Notes: generated from the letters alone by a model not told the origin. Shown: positions 32,455 through 43,364, counted from the first letter of the stretch. The stretch is 64,000 bases of DNA from Thermoproteota archaeon (GCA_029258925.1 JAPDJV010000009.1:3256-67255), one strand, 5' to 3'. Numbers and translations: made by a program.

Positions 32455-32799
32455 AATGCACTTAACTATTGCTTTTCCATTTAATATTTTAATAATGTTA
32501 AGGATTTATCTACATTTATGATTTTAAATACTTCTATGTGGTGTTCTTCATCTAAATTACCCTAATCCTATTACTTCAACAAGCTTTGCCCTTATATTAA
32601 ACTCTTTAAGCGCGTACACTAAATCTTCAATTCGATCATTAATATTCCAAGTTCTATAGAAGGACCGGAAAACTCTACAATAGCATCATCATTACATATT
32701 TTGACAAGCTTTGAGTAAGCTTCCAAGAGCTGGTAATTATTGTACATGCCTATACTTTTCTCGATGACTTTTTAGACATGATTGCCCTGGCTCCGAGAA

Positions 32800-33183
32800 T
32801 CAACCTTCACGTATTACCTTGATTTCCTTCCCGCTCTCCCAGAGCCCATGTAGACTACAATACTCTATCGCATATATCGCACCGCTTTTCTCTAACTTCA
32901 ACGTTAGCTTAACATCAGGTTCGGTGTATACTGGAGTAAGAGTGATTGTTGCTAAGTGTACTGGATTGAACTGCCTCTCCTCTTCATAGAAGTATACTTC
33001 AATCCGCCTTATTGAATGTTCAACGGTGCTGGGATGAGGCCCTACAGAAACTCTTAGTTCAAATGGTTGATTAGCTTTAACAATATCTGGTGCTTCTATT
33101 CTAGGGGTATGTGTTTTAACCTTACTGATTACCTCTTCAGAAGCTGTTTCAGGAGAATATATGAGTTCTCTAAACGACTTCAT
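32800..33183 (-). CDS. sor: Class II superoxide reductase (neelaredoxin)
   Basis: HTP, HPSTVEH, YCSLHGLWE iron ligands. Confidence 0.9.
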   Translation of the reverse strand: MKSFRELIYSPETASEEVISKVKTHTPRIEAPDIVKANQPFELRVSVGPHPSTVEHSIRRIEVYFYEEERQFNPVHLATITLTPVYTEPDVKLTLKLEKSGAIYAIEYCSLHGLWESGKEIKVIREG

Positions 33184-33561
33184 TCACTATCCCTCTCACA
33201 TTTAGGGCTGAACTCCCAAATATAAACTTCGTGTTTATAAAAGAGTAATGTTAGAGATTTTAACCAATTAAAACGGCAATCTAACCAGGATACCGCTCTT
33301 AAATACTGTTGAAGTCGATAATTAGTATCAAGCGCTAAACTCAACTCATCATATTAGCAAGACCGCTCCATGGCAAATTTAAATGTTTTGAGAACCCTTG
33401 TAAAGTTCTTATTTTCTGGCGAATTCTCAGTAAATAATATATAGGCTTATAGAGTTAAGTAATTAAACACGTTGTTATAGATGCCGTAAAATCTTCATCG
33501 ATCATTAAAGTTTAAATATCGTCTTACTATTCAAGACAGTGCAGTAAGAGATTAGAGGAGT

Positions 33562-34029
33562 ATGGATGGTTACATGACGGAAGCAGAGCGCTTTAAATAT
33601 ATTGTGAGGATAGCTGGGAAGGATATTGATGGAACTCTTCAAGTAGTCCACGGTCTAGCTCAAATTAAGGGTGTCGGAGTAGCATTAGCTAATGCCCTCT
33701 GCCATTTGCTTGGGATAAATCCCTATGAGAGAGTTGGTTTACTTACAGAAAGTCAAATAGCTAAAATAGAGGAAGCCATAAGAAATCCAGGTAAATATGG
33801 CCTACCAGCGTGGATGATGAATAGGAGGAAGGACTATGTGACAGGTAATGACATACATTTAGTAGGGGCGGATCTAATAATGGCTGTTAGAGCGGATATA
33901 GAGAGGCTTATGAAGATTAAGTGTTGGAAGGGGATAAGGCACTCACTGGGATTAAAGGTTAGGGGTCAGAGAACTCGTACTACTGGTAGGCTGGGAATGA
34001 CTGTAGGAGTGAGAAGGAGAAGGAGGTAG
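33562..34029 (+). CDS. rpsM: 30S ribosomal protein uS13
   Basis: [23 protein letters not shown]. Confidence 0.97.
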   Translation: MDGYMTEAERFKYIVRIAGKDIDGTLQVVHGLAQIKGVGVALANALCHLLGINPYERVGLLTESQIAKIEEAIRNPGKYGLPAWMMNRRKDYVTGNDIHLVGADLIMAVRADIERLMKIKCWKGIRHSLGLKVRGQRTRTTGRLGMTVGVRRRRR

Positions 34030-34036
34030 AGGATTC

Positions 34037-34546
34037 ATGGGTGACCCGAGGAAGTCTAAGAGAAAGTGGATGGGACCTTCGCATCCTTGGAGAAGGGAGA
34101 TATTACAGGAGGAAATAGTGCTCGTTGGAAAGTACGGGTTAAGGAATAAGAGGGAGCTATGGCTAGCTAAAACTATAATAAGACGCTTTAGGCACCAAGC
34201 AAGACGTCTACTAGCATTACCTGAAGACATAAGACGTAGAGAGGAGAAGAGCCTACTACATAGGCTTTACCAAATGGGCATCCTCCCGGAAAACGCTACG
34301 CTAGATGACATATTAAGTCTTACAGCAGAAGACTACCTGAAGAGAAGGCTTCAGACAATAGTTTATCAGAAGGGGTTGGCAAAGACTATTTACCAGGCTA
34401 GACAGCTAATAGTACATGGCCACATAGCTATAGGTGGGCGAAGAGTTAACGCACCCGGCTATATAGTCTGGAGAGACGAGGAGCCATTAATAGACTACGC
34501 TCCTACAAGTCCCTTTAAGGTTAGACCGGAGGCTGAAGCCAAATGA
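34037..34546 (+). CDS. rpsD: 30S ribosomal protein uS4
   Basis: [29 protein letters not shown]. Confidence 0.97.
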   Translation: MGDPRKSKRKWMGPSHPWRREILQEEIVLVGKYGLRNKRELWLAKTIIRRFRHQARRLLALPEDIRRREEKSLLHRLYQMGILPENATLDDILSLTAEDYLKRRLQTIVYQKGLAKTIYQARQLIVHGHIAIGGRRVNAPGYIVWRDEEPLIDYAPTSPFKVRPEAEAK

Positions 34547-34944
34547 GCTTTTCAATGCGTGAATTGAAATGGGGTATAGCCCACATATATAGCTCGTTAA
34601 ACAACACAATTATACATATAACCGATTTAACGGGGGCTGAAACTGTAGCTATAGCCTCCGGTGGAATGGTTGTAAAAGCTGATAGAGAGAAGCCTTCACC
34701 CTACGCCGCAATGATGGCTGCATCTAGAGCTGCTAGAACCGCGTGGGATAAGGGGATAAATGCAATGCATATTAAGGTTAGGGCACCAGGTGGTCATGGA
34801 CCAAAAACGCCTGGTCCAGGAGCCCAGGCGGCAATAAGGGCTCTGGCTAGAGCAGGCTTTATTATAGGTAGAATAGAGGACGTAACGCCGCTACCCCACG
34901 ACACTACTAGGAGACCTGGTGGTAGGAGGGGTAGGAGAGTATAA
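34543..34944 (+). CDS. rpsK: 30S ribosomal protein uS11
   Basis: [22 protein letters not shown]. Confidence 0.97.
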   Translation: MSFSMRELKWGIAHIYSSLNNTIIHITDLTGAETVAIASGGMVVKADREKPSPYAAMMAASRAARTAWDKGINAMHIKVRAPGGHGPKTPGPGAQAAIRALARAGFIIGRIEDVTPLPHDTTRRPGGRRGRRV

Positions 34945-34962
34945 TATTGTGGGGAGCTTTCC

Positions 34963-35766
34963 ATGAAAATCAATGTGCTGTACAGGGATGAGAAGATCTT
35001 GAAGATTATGATAGAAGATGTTAGGTTAGAATACATCAATTCTTTAAGGAGGATAATGATAGCTGAAGTACCCACTATGGCAATAGAAGATGTATTAGTG
35101 TTAGACAATACTAGTGTGCTTTATGATGAAATAATAGCTCACAGGCTGGGTCTTATACCTCTTACAACAGTTTACGATAGGTATGGGTCCCCCGAGGGGT
35201 GTGCAGACAAAGAGCTGGCAAGCTCGCCTGAATGTGCCGTTAGATTGTATTTGGATGTTGAAGCTGGGGAGAATGGATATAGAATAGTGTATTCTGGAGA
35301 CTTGAAGTCGGAAGACCCTGATGTTAGGCCTACTAGTGATAGAATTCCAATAGCAGTTTTAGGGAGGGGACAGAGACTTGCATTGGAAGCGTATGCTAGA
35401 TTGGGTAGGGGGAAAGAACATGCAAAGTGGAGTCCGGTAACTGTTGCAGCCTTTAAATACAAACCCATTATAAACATCAATGAAGATCTCTGCGTCTTAT
35501 GCGGGAAGTGCGTTGAAGTCTGCCCTAGAAAAGTTCTTGAATTAAAAGAGGACAAAATAGTAGTATTAAATGTGCTAGACTGCAACCTATGTAAATCATG
35601 TGAGGAAGCATGCGAATTTGATGCCATAAAAATTTCTTGGAACGAAAACACTTTGGCATTCACTCTAGAATCCACAGGAGCTCTAAAACCAGAGCAGATA
35701 ATTGTTGAATCAACGAACATCTTAGAGAAGAAACTAAACACGTTACTACAATTCTTGGGGGATTGA
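34963..35766 (+). CDS. rpoD: RNA polymerase subunit D (Rpo3) with ferredoxin-like Fe-S domain
   Basis: NSLRR, EVPTMAI, HRLGLIPL, HAKWSP; CxxCxxCxxxCP and CxxCxxCxxxC. Confidence 0.97.
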   Translation: MKINVLYRDEKILKIMIEDVRLEYINSLRRIMIAEVPTMAIEDVLVLDNTSVLYDEIIAHRLGLIPLTTVYDRYGSPEGCADKELASSPECAVRLYLDVEAGENGYRIVYSGDLKSEDPDVRPTSDRIPIAVLGRGQRLALEAYARLGRGKEHAKWSPVTVAAFKYKPIININEDLCVLCGKCVEVCPRKVLELKEDKIVVLNVLDCNLCKSCEEACEFDAIKISWNENTLAFTLESTGALKPEQIIVESTNILEKKLNTLLQFLGD

Positions 35767-35770
35767 TATT

Positions 35771-36136
35771 ATGGTTAAGAGAACAGGTCCCACAAACATT
35801 GTTACAAGAATCACAGTTAGAGAATTGAAGAAGATGTCTACGAAAACCTCTAAGAGAATATGGAGTGATGTTGCCGATAGGATTCTAAGGCCCTCGAGGA
35901 GGAGGGTCATTGTAAACATATCTAGAATAAATAGGTATTCCAAAAGTGGAGAAATCATAGTGGTTCCGGGGAAAGTGCTGGGTGCTGGTACGATAAATCA
36001 TCCGGTAACTGTTGCAGCTCTAGATTTCTCTGCGAGAGCTAGAGAGAAAATAGAGAGAGCAAGTGGCAGATGTATTCATATACTAGACTTACTTGAAGAA
36101 AACCCGTCCCCGTCTAAGATCAAAATAATGGAGTGA
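35771..36136 (+). CDS. rpl18e: 50S ribosomal protein eL18
   Basis: VNISRI, VVPGKVLG. Confidence 0.95.
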   Translation: MVKRTGPTNIVTRITVRELKKMSTKTSKRIWSDVADRILRPSRRRVIVNISRINRYSKSGEIIVVPGKVLGAGTINHPVTVAALDFSARAREKIERASGRCIHILDLLEENPSPSKIKIME

Positions 36137-36594
36137 GGCCTATGAGTAGGGAAACAGTGATAGATGCAACCAACTTAGTGTTAGGGAGAATGGCAAGTAT
36201 AGTGGCTAAAAGACTGTTAAATGGCGAGAGGATTGTAATAGTTAATGCAGAGAAGGCCGTAATCAGCGGAGAACCTAGGATGGTCATTGAATCCTACAAA
36301 ATACTCTTTAATGTGGGAACACTTAGAAATCCCTACAGGCATGGAATTAGAAGGCCTAGAACACCGGAGAGAATAGTGAGATTAGCTATCAGAGGGATGC
36401 TGCCCATGGAAAAGAGGAGAGGCAGAGATGCTTACAGGAGGTTAAGAGTCTACTGTGGTATACCACCGGAATATAGGAATAGACCCCTACAATCAATAAA
36501 AGAGGCGTCGGCACTAAAACTCTCTAGGACATATGTTAAAGTAGGTGATGTCGCATTACAAATGGGTTGGAAGCCTAAGGTGGTATGGAAATGA
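36133..36594 (+). CDS. rplM: 50S ribosomal protein uL13
   Basis: IDA..LVLGRMAS, RGMLP. Confidence 0.96.
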   Translation: MRPMSRETVIDATNLVLGRMASIVAKRLLNGERIVIVNAEKAVISGEPRMVIESYKILFNVGTLRNPYRHGIRRPRTPERIVRLAIRGMLPMEKRRGRDAYRRLRVYCGIPPEYRNRPLQSIKEASALKLSRTYVKVGDVALQMGWKPKVVWK

Positions 36595-36992
36595 AAGTAA
36601 TATTAACGTCGGGTAGGCGCAAAACTTCTAGAGCAAAAGCAATATTAACTGAGGGCAAGGGAAGAGTATGGATAAATAACATACCTTTAGAAATATATCC
36701 CATTGAAATGGTGAGGTGGAAAATACTGGAGCCTTTACTATTAGCGGGAGAAGACATAGTTAAAGGCATTGATATAAAGGTTTACGTAAGAGGAGGAGGC
36801 GTCATGGCCCAAGCTGATGCGGCGAGAATGGCCATAGCCAGAGGACTAATAGAATGGACGGGAAGCGAGGAGTTAAAGAAGCTATTTGTAACCTACGATA
36901 GAACGATGCTTGCAGGCGATCCTAGACAGGCTGAACCTAAAAAATTTGCTAGATATAGTGCTCGAAGAAGATGGCAAAAATCATATAGATGA
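36591..36992 (+). CDS. rpsI: 30S ribosomal protein uS9
   Basis: GRRKT, GGGV..QA, QKSYR. Confidence 0.96.
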   Translation: MKVILTSGRRKTSRAKAILTEGKGRVWINNIPLEIYPIEMVRWKILEPLLLAGEDIVKGIDIKVYVRGGGVMAQADAARMAIARGLIEWTGSEELKKLFVTYDRTMLAGDPRQAEPKKFARYSARRRWQKSYR

Positions 36993-37018
36993 CATTAGAG
37001 ATTATGTTTTAGTAACTG

Positions 37019-37228
37019 GTGATCGAAGTGATAATACCTGTAAGATGCTTTACTTGCGGAGCCCTAATAGGAGATAAGTGGGAGGACTTCAAAAGAAGAG
37101 TAGATGAAGGGGAGGATCCCGGAAAAGTCCTCGACGATCTGGGAGTGAAAAGATATTGTTGCAGAAGAATGCTTCTCTCACACATAGATCTAATATACGA
37201 GGCCATAACATTCACCAAGCCTTCGTAA
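37019..37228 (+). CDS. rpoN: RNA polymerase subunit N (Rpo10)
   Basis: [16 protein letters not shown]. Confidence 0.97.
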   Translation: MIEVIIPVRCFTCGALIGDKWEDFKRRVDEGEDPGKVLDDLGVKRYCCRRMLLSHIDLIYEAITFTKPS

Positions 37229-37260
37229 AGAACTTGAATACATTTAGGAGTGTGATTTAG

Positions 37261-37908
37261 TTGAGTGCTAGTGAGCAGAATAGACAACCTGTTGTGAAGC
37301 AAATAGAATTATTAATTCCATTAGAGGTATATTTGGCAGCTGGAGTACACATAGGAACCCATATAGGAACGAAATTTATGATGAAATATATTTATAGAGT
37401 CAGACCAGACGGCCTTTACATAATTGATGTTAGGAAGACTGATGAGAGGCTGAGAATTGCAGCGGGATTCATTTCAAGATATGAGCCTGAGAAAGTAGTA
37501 GCCGTTTCAGTGAGGCAGTACGGTCATAAACCAGTTGAGAAGTTCGGTATTTACACGCACTCCAAGTATCTTATTGGACGCTTTGTTCCGGGAACATTTA
37601 CTAACCCCTATTTATCTAGGCACGTTGAGCCGGATTTAGTCATAATAACTGATCCGAGAGCAGATATTCAAGCATTAAAAGAAGCAGCTGAAGTGGGTAT
37701 ACCAGTAGTCGCATTCTGCGACACGGATAATAGAACGGAGTATATTGATCTAGTTATTCCCGCTAACAATAAGGGAAGGAAGTCGCTGGCTCTTCTCTAC
37801 TGGGTGCTGGCGAGGCAAGTTCTGAGGGAGAGAGGCGAGTTACCTCCCGATAAGGATTTGCCAGTGTCCTATGAGGAATTTGAGACTAAGGTTAAGAGAG
37901 GGAGTTAG
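37261..37908 (+). CDS. rpsB: 30S ribosomal protein uS2
   Basis: [26 protein letters not shown]. Confidence 0.97.
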   Translation: MSASEQNRQPVVKQIELLIPLEVYLAAGVHIGTHIGTKFMMKYIYRVRPDGLYIIDVRKTDERLRIAAGFISRYEPEKVVAVSVRQYGHKPVEKFGIYTHSKYLIGRFVPGTFTNPYLSRHVEPDLVIITDPRADIQALKEAAEVGIPVVAFCDTDNRTEYIDLVIPANNKGRKSLALLYWVLARQVLRERGELPPDKDLPVSYEEFETKVKRGS

Positions 37909-37917
37909 GTGTGAGCA

Positions 37918-38766
37918 ATGACAGATAGATGGCCTGCTGTAGCTGGAGCATTCTATGAGGCTGATAGAGAGAGGCTAATAGAGCAGATAGAATGGTGTTT
38001 TAAACATCCACTTGGCCCAGGGATGTTGCCGTCTAGGACTACTATAGGTGAGCATAAGATTATAGGCTTGGTTTCACCTCATGCGGGATACATGTATTCA
38101 GGCCCTATTGCAGCTCATGGATATTACGAGCTTTCTAAGAGGGAAGCTGTAGACACGGTAATTATATTAGGTCCTAATCACACGGGAATGGGAAGTGGAG
38201 TGTCTATTTATCCTGAAGGATATTGGATAACACCTCTGGGAAAGGTTGGTGTCGATAGAGAACTAGGGATGTTGATAGCTAAATTTAGTGAGATAGCTGA
38301 TCTTGATGAGATGGCACATCTACATGAGCACTCGATTGAAGTGCAGATACCCTTTCTTCAGTATATTTGGGAAACTTTCAGTATAGTTCCGATAACAATG
38401 TTCATGCAAACTCCAGTTATAGCGAGAAAACTGGCTAGGGGAATTTATGAGGCGGAGAGGGAGCTTGGGAAAACCGTAGCTGTTATTGCGAGTACTGATT
38501 TCACCCATTACGAACCTTATAGTGCAGCTTATAGAAAAGATAAGATGGCTATTGAAGCAATTTTAAGCCTTGACTCTAATCTATTATATGAGAGAATAGT
38601 TCAATACGATATATCTATGTGTGGTCCGGGTCCAGTAATGACTTTAACAGAGTACGCTAAATTAAAGAATGATATTAAACCACGTTTACTGAAATATGCT
38701 ACATCTGGGGATATAACAGGTGAGAAAGCTGCAGTAGTTGGTTATGCATCAATAGTGTTTTATTAA
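37918..38766 (+). CDS. MEMO1-family (AmmeMemoRadiSam protein B) protein
   Basis: PAVAGAFY, PHAGY.YSG, EHSIEVQ, STDFTHY, MCG.GP. Confidence 0.93.
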   Translation: MTDRWPAVAGAFYEADRERLIEQIEWCFKHPLGPGMLPSRTTIGEHKIIGLVSPHAGYMYSGPIAAHGYYELSKREAVDTVIILGPNHTGMGSGVSIYPEGYWITPLGKVGVDRELGMLIAKFSEIADLDEMAHLHEHSIEVQIPFLQYIWETFSIVPITMFMQTPVIARKLARGIYEAERELGKTVAVIASTDFTHYEPYSAAYRKDKMAIEAILSLDSNLLYERIVQYDISMCGPGPVMTLTEYAKLKNDIKPRLLKYATSGDITGEKAAVVGYASIVFY

Positions 38767-38837
38767 GTGATTTTCAAATCCTAGGATTTAAATATCATGC
38801 TTAACAAGTTCATGCAATTAGAATTGGAGAAGGCCTC

Positions 38838-39653
38838 ATGAAGAATCAAATAGACATCTCAGTTGCTACAGGAGTTCCCGTGTTTGGGGTCTATGTTCCG
38901 GATAGAAATATTCCTCATTTAATGCTTCCTTTCAGGGATGTCAGGATTCTTCTGTCTCTGGAATACTCTAATTCTGGATTTAATGATGTGGTTTTAATTA
39001 GAGGTGTAGGGGGTAGAGCTGGAGAGGAGCTTATGCTTGCAGATATTATCAAGAATTTCATACGTGAAGTTAAGGAATTTTTAGGATTTAGGAGCGCATT
39101 TAGGGTTAGAGTTGAATATGAGAGCCTCTTATCTCCCTTGCAATTATACGCTGCATCGACTATGTCGATTTTAAGTGCTATGCGTGAATACTTGAATAAT
39201 TCTGTGCTCGACAAGAATATGATAATATCACTGGGTGAGAGAATAGACAGAAGAGTGAGGCTAAAAATACCTCAGTCAATAATAAATGCCTACAGAATTG
39301 TGAGCATGGAGGAAAAACCTGTTGTATATCGTAGAGGCGAGGGAGTAGTAGTTTTACCTTTTACCGAAGTTTTATCAGGGTTTGCAAACATGGTGAAACC
39401 ACATTATTGGTCGGATTATGAGATCAAGTATTTCCTCGACCACCCTTTAATGGATGTAGTTGTTCACGGAATAAGCATTACAGTAATAGAGTCTGCGAAG
39501 AAGTCTTCTGAAAGTGTTGACATATTATCTTCCCTATTTGAGGCAGAAGTACATCTCCAGAAGATTATTATTAAGGGAGGGGGTAAATGTAATTTGTTAA
39601 AACTCTTTCCCGATATTGCTGGAGCACTAGCAGTATCGATCAACACTAGTTAA
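38838..39653 (+). CDS. Divergent GHMP-fold-like protein in the mevalonate kinase position; catalytic motifs not recognisable
   Basis: Lies between MEMO1 and isopentenyl phosphate kinase. N-terminal SVATGVPVFG resembles GHMP SAPGKxxLFG. No PxxxGLGSS motif. Confidence 0.45.
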   Translation: MKNQIDISVATGVPVFGVYVPDRNIPHLMLPFRDVRILLSLEYSNSGFNDVVLIRGVGGRAGEELMLADIIKNFIREVKEFLGFRSAFRVRVEYESLLSPLQLYAASTMSILSAMREYLNNSVLDKNMIISLGERIDRRVRLKIPQSIINAYRIVSMEEKPVVYRRGEGVVVLPFTEVLSGFANMVKPHYWSDYEIKYFLDHPLMDVVVHGISITVIESAKKSSESVDILSSLFEAEVHLQKIIIKGGGKCNLLKLFPDIAGALAVSINTS

Positions 39654-39658
39654 ATCAG

Positions 39659-40474
39659 GTGGAATTAATGAAGTCTAATCCTCCAATAATTATCAAGCTA
39701 GGTGGAAGTGTTATAACAAATAAGCGGAGGCCTCTCAGTACTAGGAAGAGGGTCATTAAGAGACTTGGACTGGAAATAAAGAAGTTCCTGCAAAATAATC
39801 CTGATGAGAAGATAATTCTAGTCCATGGAGGAGGATCATTCGGCCACCCACTTGCAAAGAAATTTATTGATGAAAGAGGATACTTTGACGATGACGCATT
39901 CGTAAGAATAATACATGTCATGAGGGAGCTAAACCAGATAGTATGCAAAATACTTATAGACGTCGGCTTACAGGTCTACCCGATTCAAACTAGTTGTGTT
40001 TTCAGATACGAGAGAGGAGGCCTAGTATTTCTATCTCAAAACCTACTTGAAGAGGCATTAAATAGGAACCTAACACCACTTCTCCACGGCGACATTGTTA
40101 TATGTGATTCAGGCTATACAATATTGTCAGGAGATACTATAGTTGCTTACCTAGCTAAGAGTTTTGGCTCTAAAAGAGTGTTCTTCGTTACTGATGTGTC
40201 AGGAATATTTCTTGATTTCGAAAAGAAGAAAATTATAAGGAAAATATCTATCGGGTCTATAAAATCTAAAATTAGAAGCCATTTACCTGAAATTCCGTCA
40301 ATTCTTGAATATGGGGTCTTCGACGTCACTGGTGGAATAAGAACAAAGTTGGTGGAATTTACAAAATATGGTCAACCTGGACTAATAATTACTATTCTCA
40401 ACGGTTTGAAGCCCGGGAACTTATATAAGAGTTTATCTGGCCACCGTCTGGGAACACGTATAATAGTAGTGTGA
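39659..40474 (+). CDS. Isopentenyl phosphate kinase
   Basis: IKLGGSVIT, VHGGGSFGH, LSGD, DVTGGI. Confidence 0.93.
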   Translation: MELMKSNPPIIIKLGGSVITNKRRPLSTRKRVIKRLGLEIKKFLQNNPDEKIILVHGGGSFGHPLAKKFIDERGYFDDDAFVRIIHVMRELNQIVCKILIDVGLQVYPIQTSCVFRYERGGLVFLSQNLLEEALNRNLTPLLHGDIVICDSGYTILSGDTIVAYLAKSFGSKRVFFVTDVSGIFLDFEKKKIIRKISIGSIKSKIRSHLPEIPSILEYGVFDVTGGIRTKLVEFTKYGQPGLIITILNGLKPGNLYKSLSGHRLGTRIIVV

Positions 40475-40675
40475 TGAAGGTCATTATTTTAGAGGAAGCG
40501 TGAAATGAGACATAAGACTCTCCTATACAATCTAACAGAAAATTGGGTGAAAGCTTTGTATTGTCTGCAACTAACTGCCAGCAACTTCATAGAAATATCA
40601 AAATATTCGTGCTAACAATCAAATCCTACAGCAAGTAATGTAAGTAAATATCGTGGGCATGTGGGGCGAGTGATT

Positions 40676-41809
40676 GTGAGTAATATTGGAGGCCGCAAGC
40701 TAGACCATATAGAAATATGTCTGTCAAGGTTTGTGGAAGCTAGGGTCTCCCCCGGATTTAACGATATTTACTTCATTCATAGTTGCATTCCAGAGTTGAA
40801 TCTGGATGAAATAGATATTTCAACAATGTTTCTCGGGAAGAGGCTGGAGGCACCATTCATAATATCAGGAATTACAGGAGGACACGAGAAGAGCCGTCAA
40901 ATAAACAAGGTGATTGCAGAGGTAGTAGGAGAACTAGGCCTAGGTATGGGTGTAGGGAGTCAGAGGGCAGCTATAGAATGTCCCTCTCTCGAATACACGT
41001 ACTCTGTTGTCAGAGAAGTTGCTCCCAGTGCTCTGATAATAGCAAACATAGGTGCTTCCCAAGTGGTTAAGGGTTATGGCATCAAAGAGATTATGAGAGC
41101 CATAAAAATGGTGGATGCCGATGCAATAGCAATTCACGTAAATCCTCTTCAGGAGAGCCTTCAGCTGGAAGGAGAAGCCCAGTGGAAGGGCTTCCTCTCT
41201 AAATTATCGGATATAGTATCAAATCTGGAAGTACCAGTAATAGTAAAGGAGGTAGGTTGCGGCATTTCTATGGAGGATGCTAGATTATTGTGGGATTCAG
41301 GAATAAGATACGTTGATATAGCTGGTCTAGGCGGTACAAGCTGGGCTGCAGTGGAAATGTATAGAGCTGAGAAACACGGTTTAGAGGATTTAGCTGCTGT
41401 TGCCAGAACGTTCTGGGACTGGGGAATTCCGTCAGCAGTCTCTCTAGTTGAAGTAAAATTGGCTGCTCCTGAACTAAAGGTTATAGGCAGTGGCGGCGTT
41501 AGAAGCGGGATAGATGCTGCCAAGCTTCTATCACTGGGAGCAGATGTAGTTGGATTGGCTTTGCCCGTACTTCGTGAAGCAGCTAAGGGTAGAAGAGCGC
41601 TGAAGAAATATCTCGAAAGACTAATAAAGGAGTTGAAAATTGCCATGTTTCTTATTGGAGCTGCAAATTTAGGCGAATTGAGGAAGAAGCAAATTATAAT
41701 TACTGGAAAAACTAGAGAATGGCTTGAAATAAGGGGAGTGAACGTTAAGAAATTGTGTAAAATTGACAGAAACATGTATGAGGTTTATTATCATGAAGAG
41801 AATACTTGA
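40676..41809 (+). CDS. fni: Type 2 isopentenyl-diphosphate isomerase
   Basis: RKLDHI, GVGSQR, NPLQE, VKEVGCG, GGTSWA, SGGVRSG; start uncertain (40661-40676). Confidence 0.95.
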   Translation: MSNIGGRKLDHIEICLSRFVEARVSPGFNDIYFIHSCIPELNLDEIDISTMFLGKRLEAPFIISGITGGHEKSRQINKVIAEVVGELGLGMGVGSQRAAIECPSLEYTYSVVREVAPSALIIANIGASQVVKGYGIKEIMRAIKMVDADAIAIHVNPLQESLQLEGEAQWKGFLSKLSDIVSNLEVPVIVKEVGCGISMEDARLLWDSGIRYVDIAGLGGTSWAAVEMYRAEKHGLEDLAAVARTFWDWGIPSAVSLVEVKLAAPELKVIGSGGVRSGIDAAKLLSLGADVVGLALPVLREAAKGRRALKKYLERLIKELKIAMFLIGAANLGELRKKQIIITGKTREWLEIRGVNVKKLCKIDRNMYEVYYHEENT

Positions 41810-42791
41810 TTACTGTAGGAAAGTAAATGATATGATAATCCCTCTTATAGAGGATTTACTCTCTCAATGTCCTGAACCTTTGGCATCAGCCTCAAAATAC
41901 CTCATTCTCGCTGGCGGGAAAAGGCTTAGACCAACACTTCTTTTATTAGCGGTGAGAGTTTCAGGAGGCGATGTTGAGAAAGCTATTCCTGCGGCTGTGT
42001 CCATAGAGCTATTACATAACTTCACATTAATCCACGATGACGTCATGGATAGAGATGAAATGAGACGTGGAGTTCCCACAGTTCACAAGATTTGGGGAGA
42101 ACCCATGGCAATATTAGCTGGAGACTACTTGTTTTCTAAGGCATACGAGGCTCTCCTAAAACTTGTTGAAAATGGAATTGACTATGGGAGTGTCGTCGAG
42201 GCAACTAGGGTATTAACATGGGCTGCCTCCACCGTGGCAGAGGGCCAGTCATTTGACATAGAGTTTCAGGAGAGAGATGAAGTTGACGAGAGAGAATATA
42301 TTGAACTCGTTTGGAGAAAAACTGCTGCTTTATTCATTGCCTCCCTCAAAATAGGAGGGATAGTGTCTAAAGCCTCTTCTGAAACAATATCCCTTCTGGA
42401 AGAGTACGGTTACAACATGGGTATAGCATTCCAAATATATGATGACATATTGGGGGTTATAGCCGATGAGAAGAAGCTGGGTAAACCCTTATACAGCGAT
42501 ATAAGAGAGGGGAAGAAGACTATTATAGTAATACACGCGCTAAGCAAGGCTAATGCGGAAGATAGGGAAATACTGCTCTCAGCTTTAGGTAAACGAGATG
42601 CAACTATAAGAGAGCTTGCCTCAGCGGTAGAAGTTCTACGGAGAACCGGATCTATAGATTATGCTAGGAGAAAAGCTACATATTATGCTAAGAATGCTAT
42701 TAGCAAATTAAACAAGATTAAATCTCATGACGAAGAAGCGCTCGAAATGCTTAGAGAGCTGGCGTTGTTTGTTGTTGAAAGAGAGTTTTAA
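41763..42791 (+). CDS. Geranylgeranyl diphosphate synthase (polyprenyl synthetase)
   Basis: GGKRLRP, HDDVMDRDEMRRG, FQIYDD. Confidence 0.94.
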   Translation: MTETCMRFIIMKRILDYCRKVNDMIIPLIEDLLSQCPEPLASASKYLILAGGKRLRPTLLLLAVRVSGGDVEKAIPAAVSIELLHNFTLIHDDVMDRDEMRRGVPTVHKIWGEPMAILAGDYLFSKAYEALLKLVENGIDYGSVVEATRVLTWAASTVAEGQSFDIEFQERDEVDEREYIELVWRKTAALFIASLKIGGIVSKASSETISLLEEYGYNMGIAFQIYDDILGVIADEKKLGKPLYSDIREGKKTIIVIHALSKANAEDREILLSALGKRDATIRELASAVEVLRRTGSIDYARRKATYYAKNAISKLNKIKSHDEEALEMLRELALFVVEREF

Positions 42792-42803
42792 AGATCCTAG
42801 TGA

Positions 42804-43364
42804 GTGAGCATAATGAAGTACTTAGACGTCTATTCTTTTCCCAAAATATTCATAGAACATGAGAACCTGCATTCCGGGAATAGAAGAGTAGTAGTGTTAG
42901 ACGGTGAAGACATTATAGAACTCGTAAATATTAGAGACTTCCATCCCAAGGGGAAAGCTAGGTTTTTCCTTCAAGAAGTATATGAAGACGCTTTAAATCA
43001 AATAATAGACTTGGAGGGGCGTGTAGTTAAGTTATCATTCATCGTATACGTGCCCTGGCATGGAAAATACATGCTAATCGAGAGAGGCACTGAGTTAGAT
43101 ATAATCGAGGTGAGCGGGAAGCAGGTTTTTCTTCTCGTTAGAGAAGGGGACTTGATACACTTTAACGATAAGATCGCAACTATTATTACAGGCAAAAGGG
43201 AGGCGAGAACTTTTAGAAGCCCCGCTAATGGAGTAATAGTATATATCAGTAGGATACTGGATATTACTACTAGAGATGTTTACATAGTATTAGTAGCAGA
43301 GGAAGGTGATGTACGTGCTTTCGAAGGACGTGGAAAGAATAATACTGAAGCATGCATTAATTAA
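42804..43364 (+). CDS. DUF2118-family protein
   Basis: P.IFIE, EGD, ITGKREAR..RSP..G; usual neighbour of gltX. Confidence 0.65.
   Translation: MSIMKYLDVYSFPKIFIEHENLHSGNRRVVVLDGEDIIELVNIRDFHPKGKARFFLQEVYEDALNQIIDLEGRVVKLSFIVYVPWHGKYMLIERGTELDIIEVSGKQVFLLVREGDLIHFNDKIATIITGKREARTFRSPANGVIVYISRILDITTRDVYIVLVAEEGDVRAFEGRGKNNTEACIN

Noticed and set aside
32455-32799. Short coding-like stretch (IEDLVYALKEFNIRAKLVEVIGLG) on the minus strand
   Set aside because: No start codon or recognisable homology.
40469-40530. GTGATGA C-box-like motifs in spacers (also about 45118 and 52186)
   Set aside because: No correctly spaced CTGA D/D' boxes, so C/D sRNAs are not supported.
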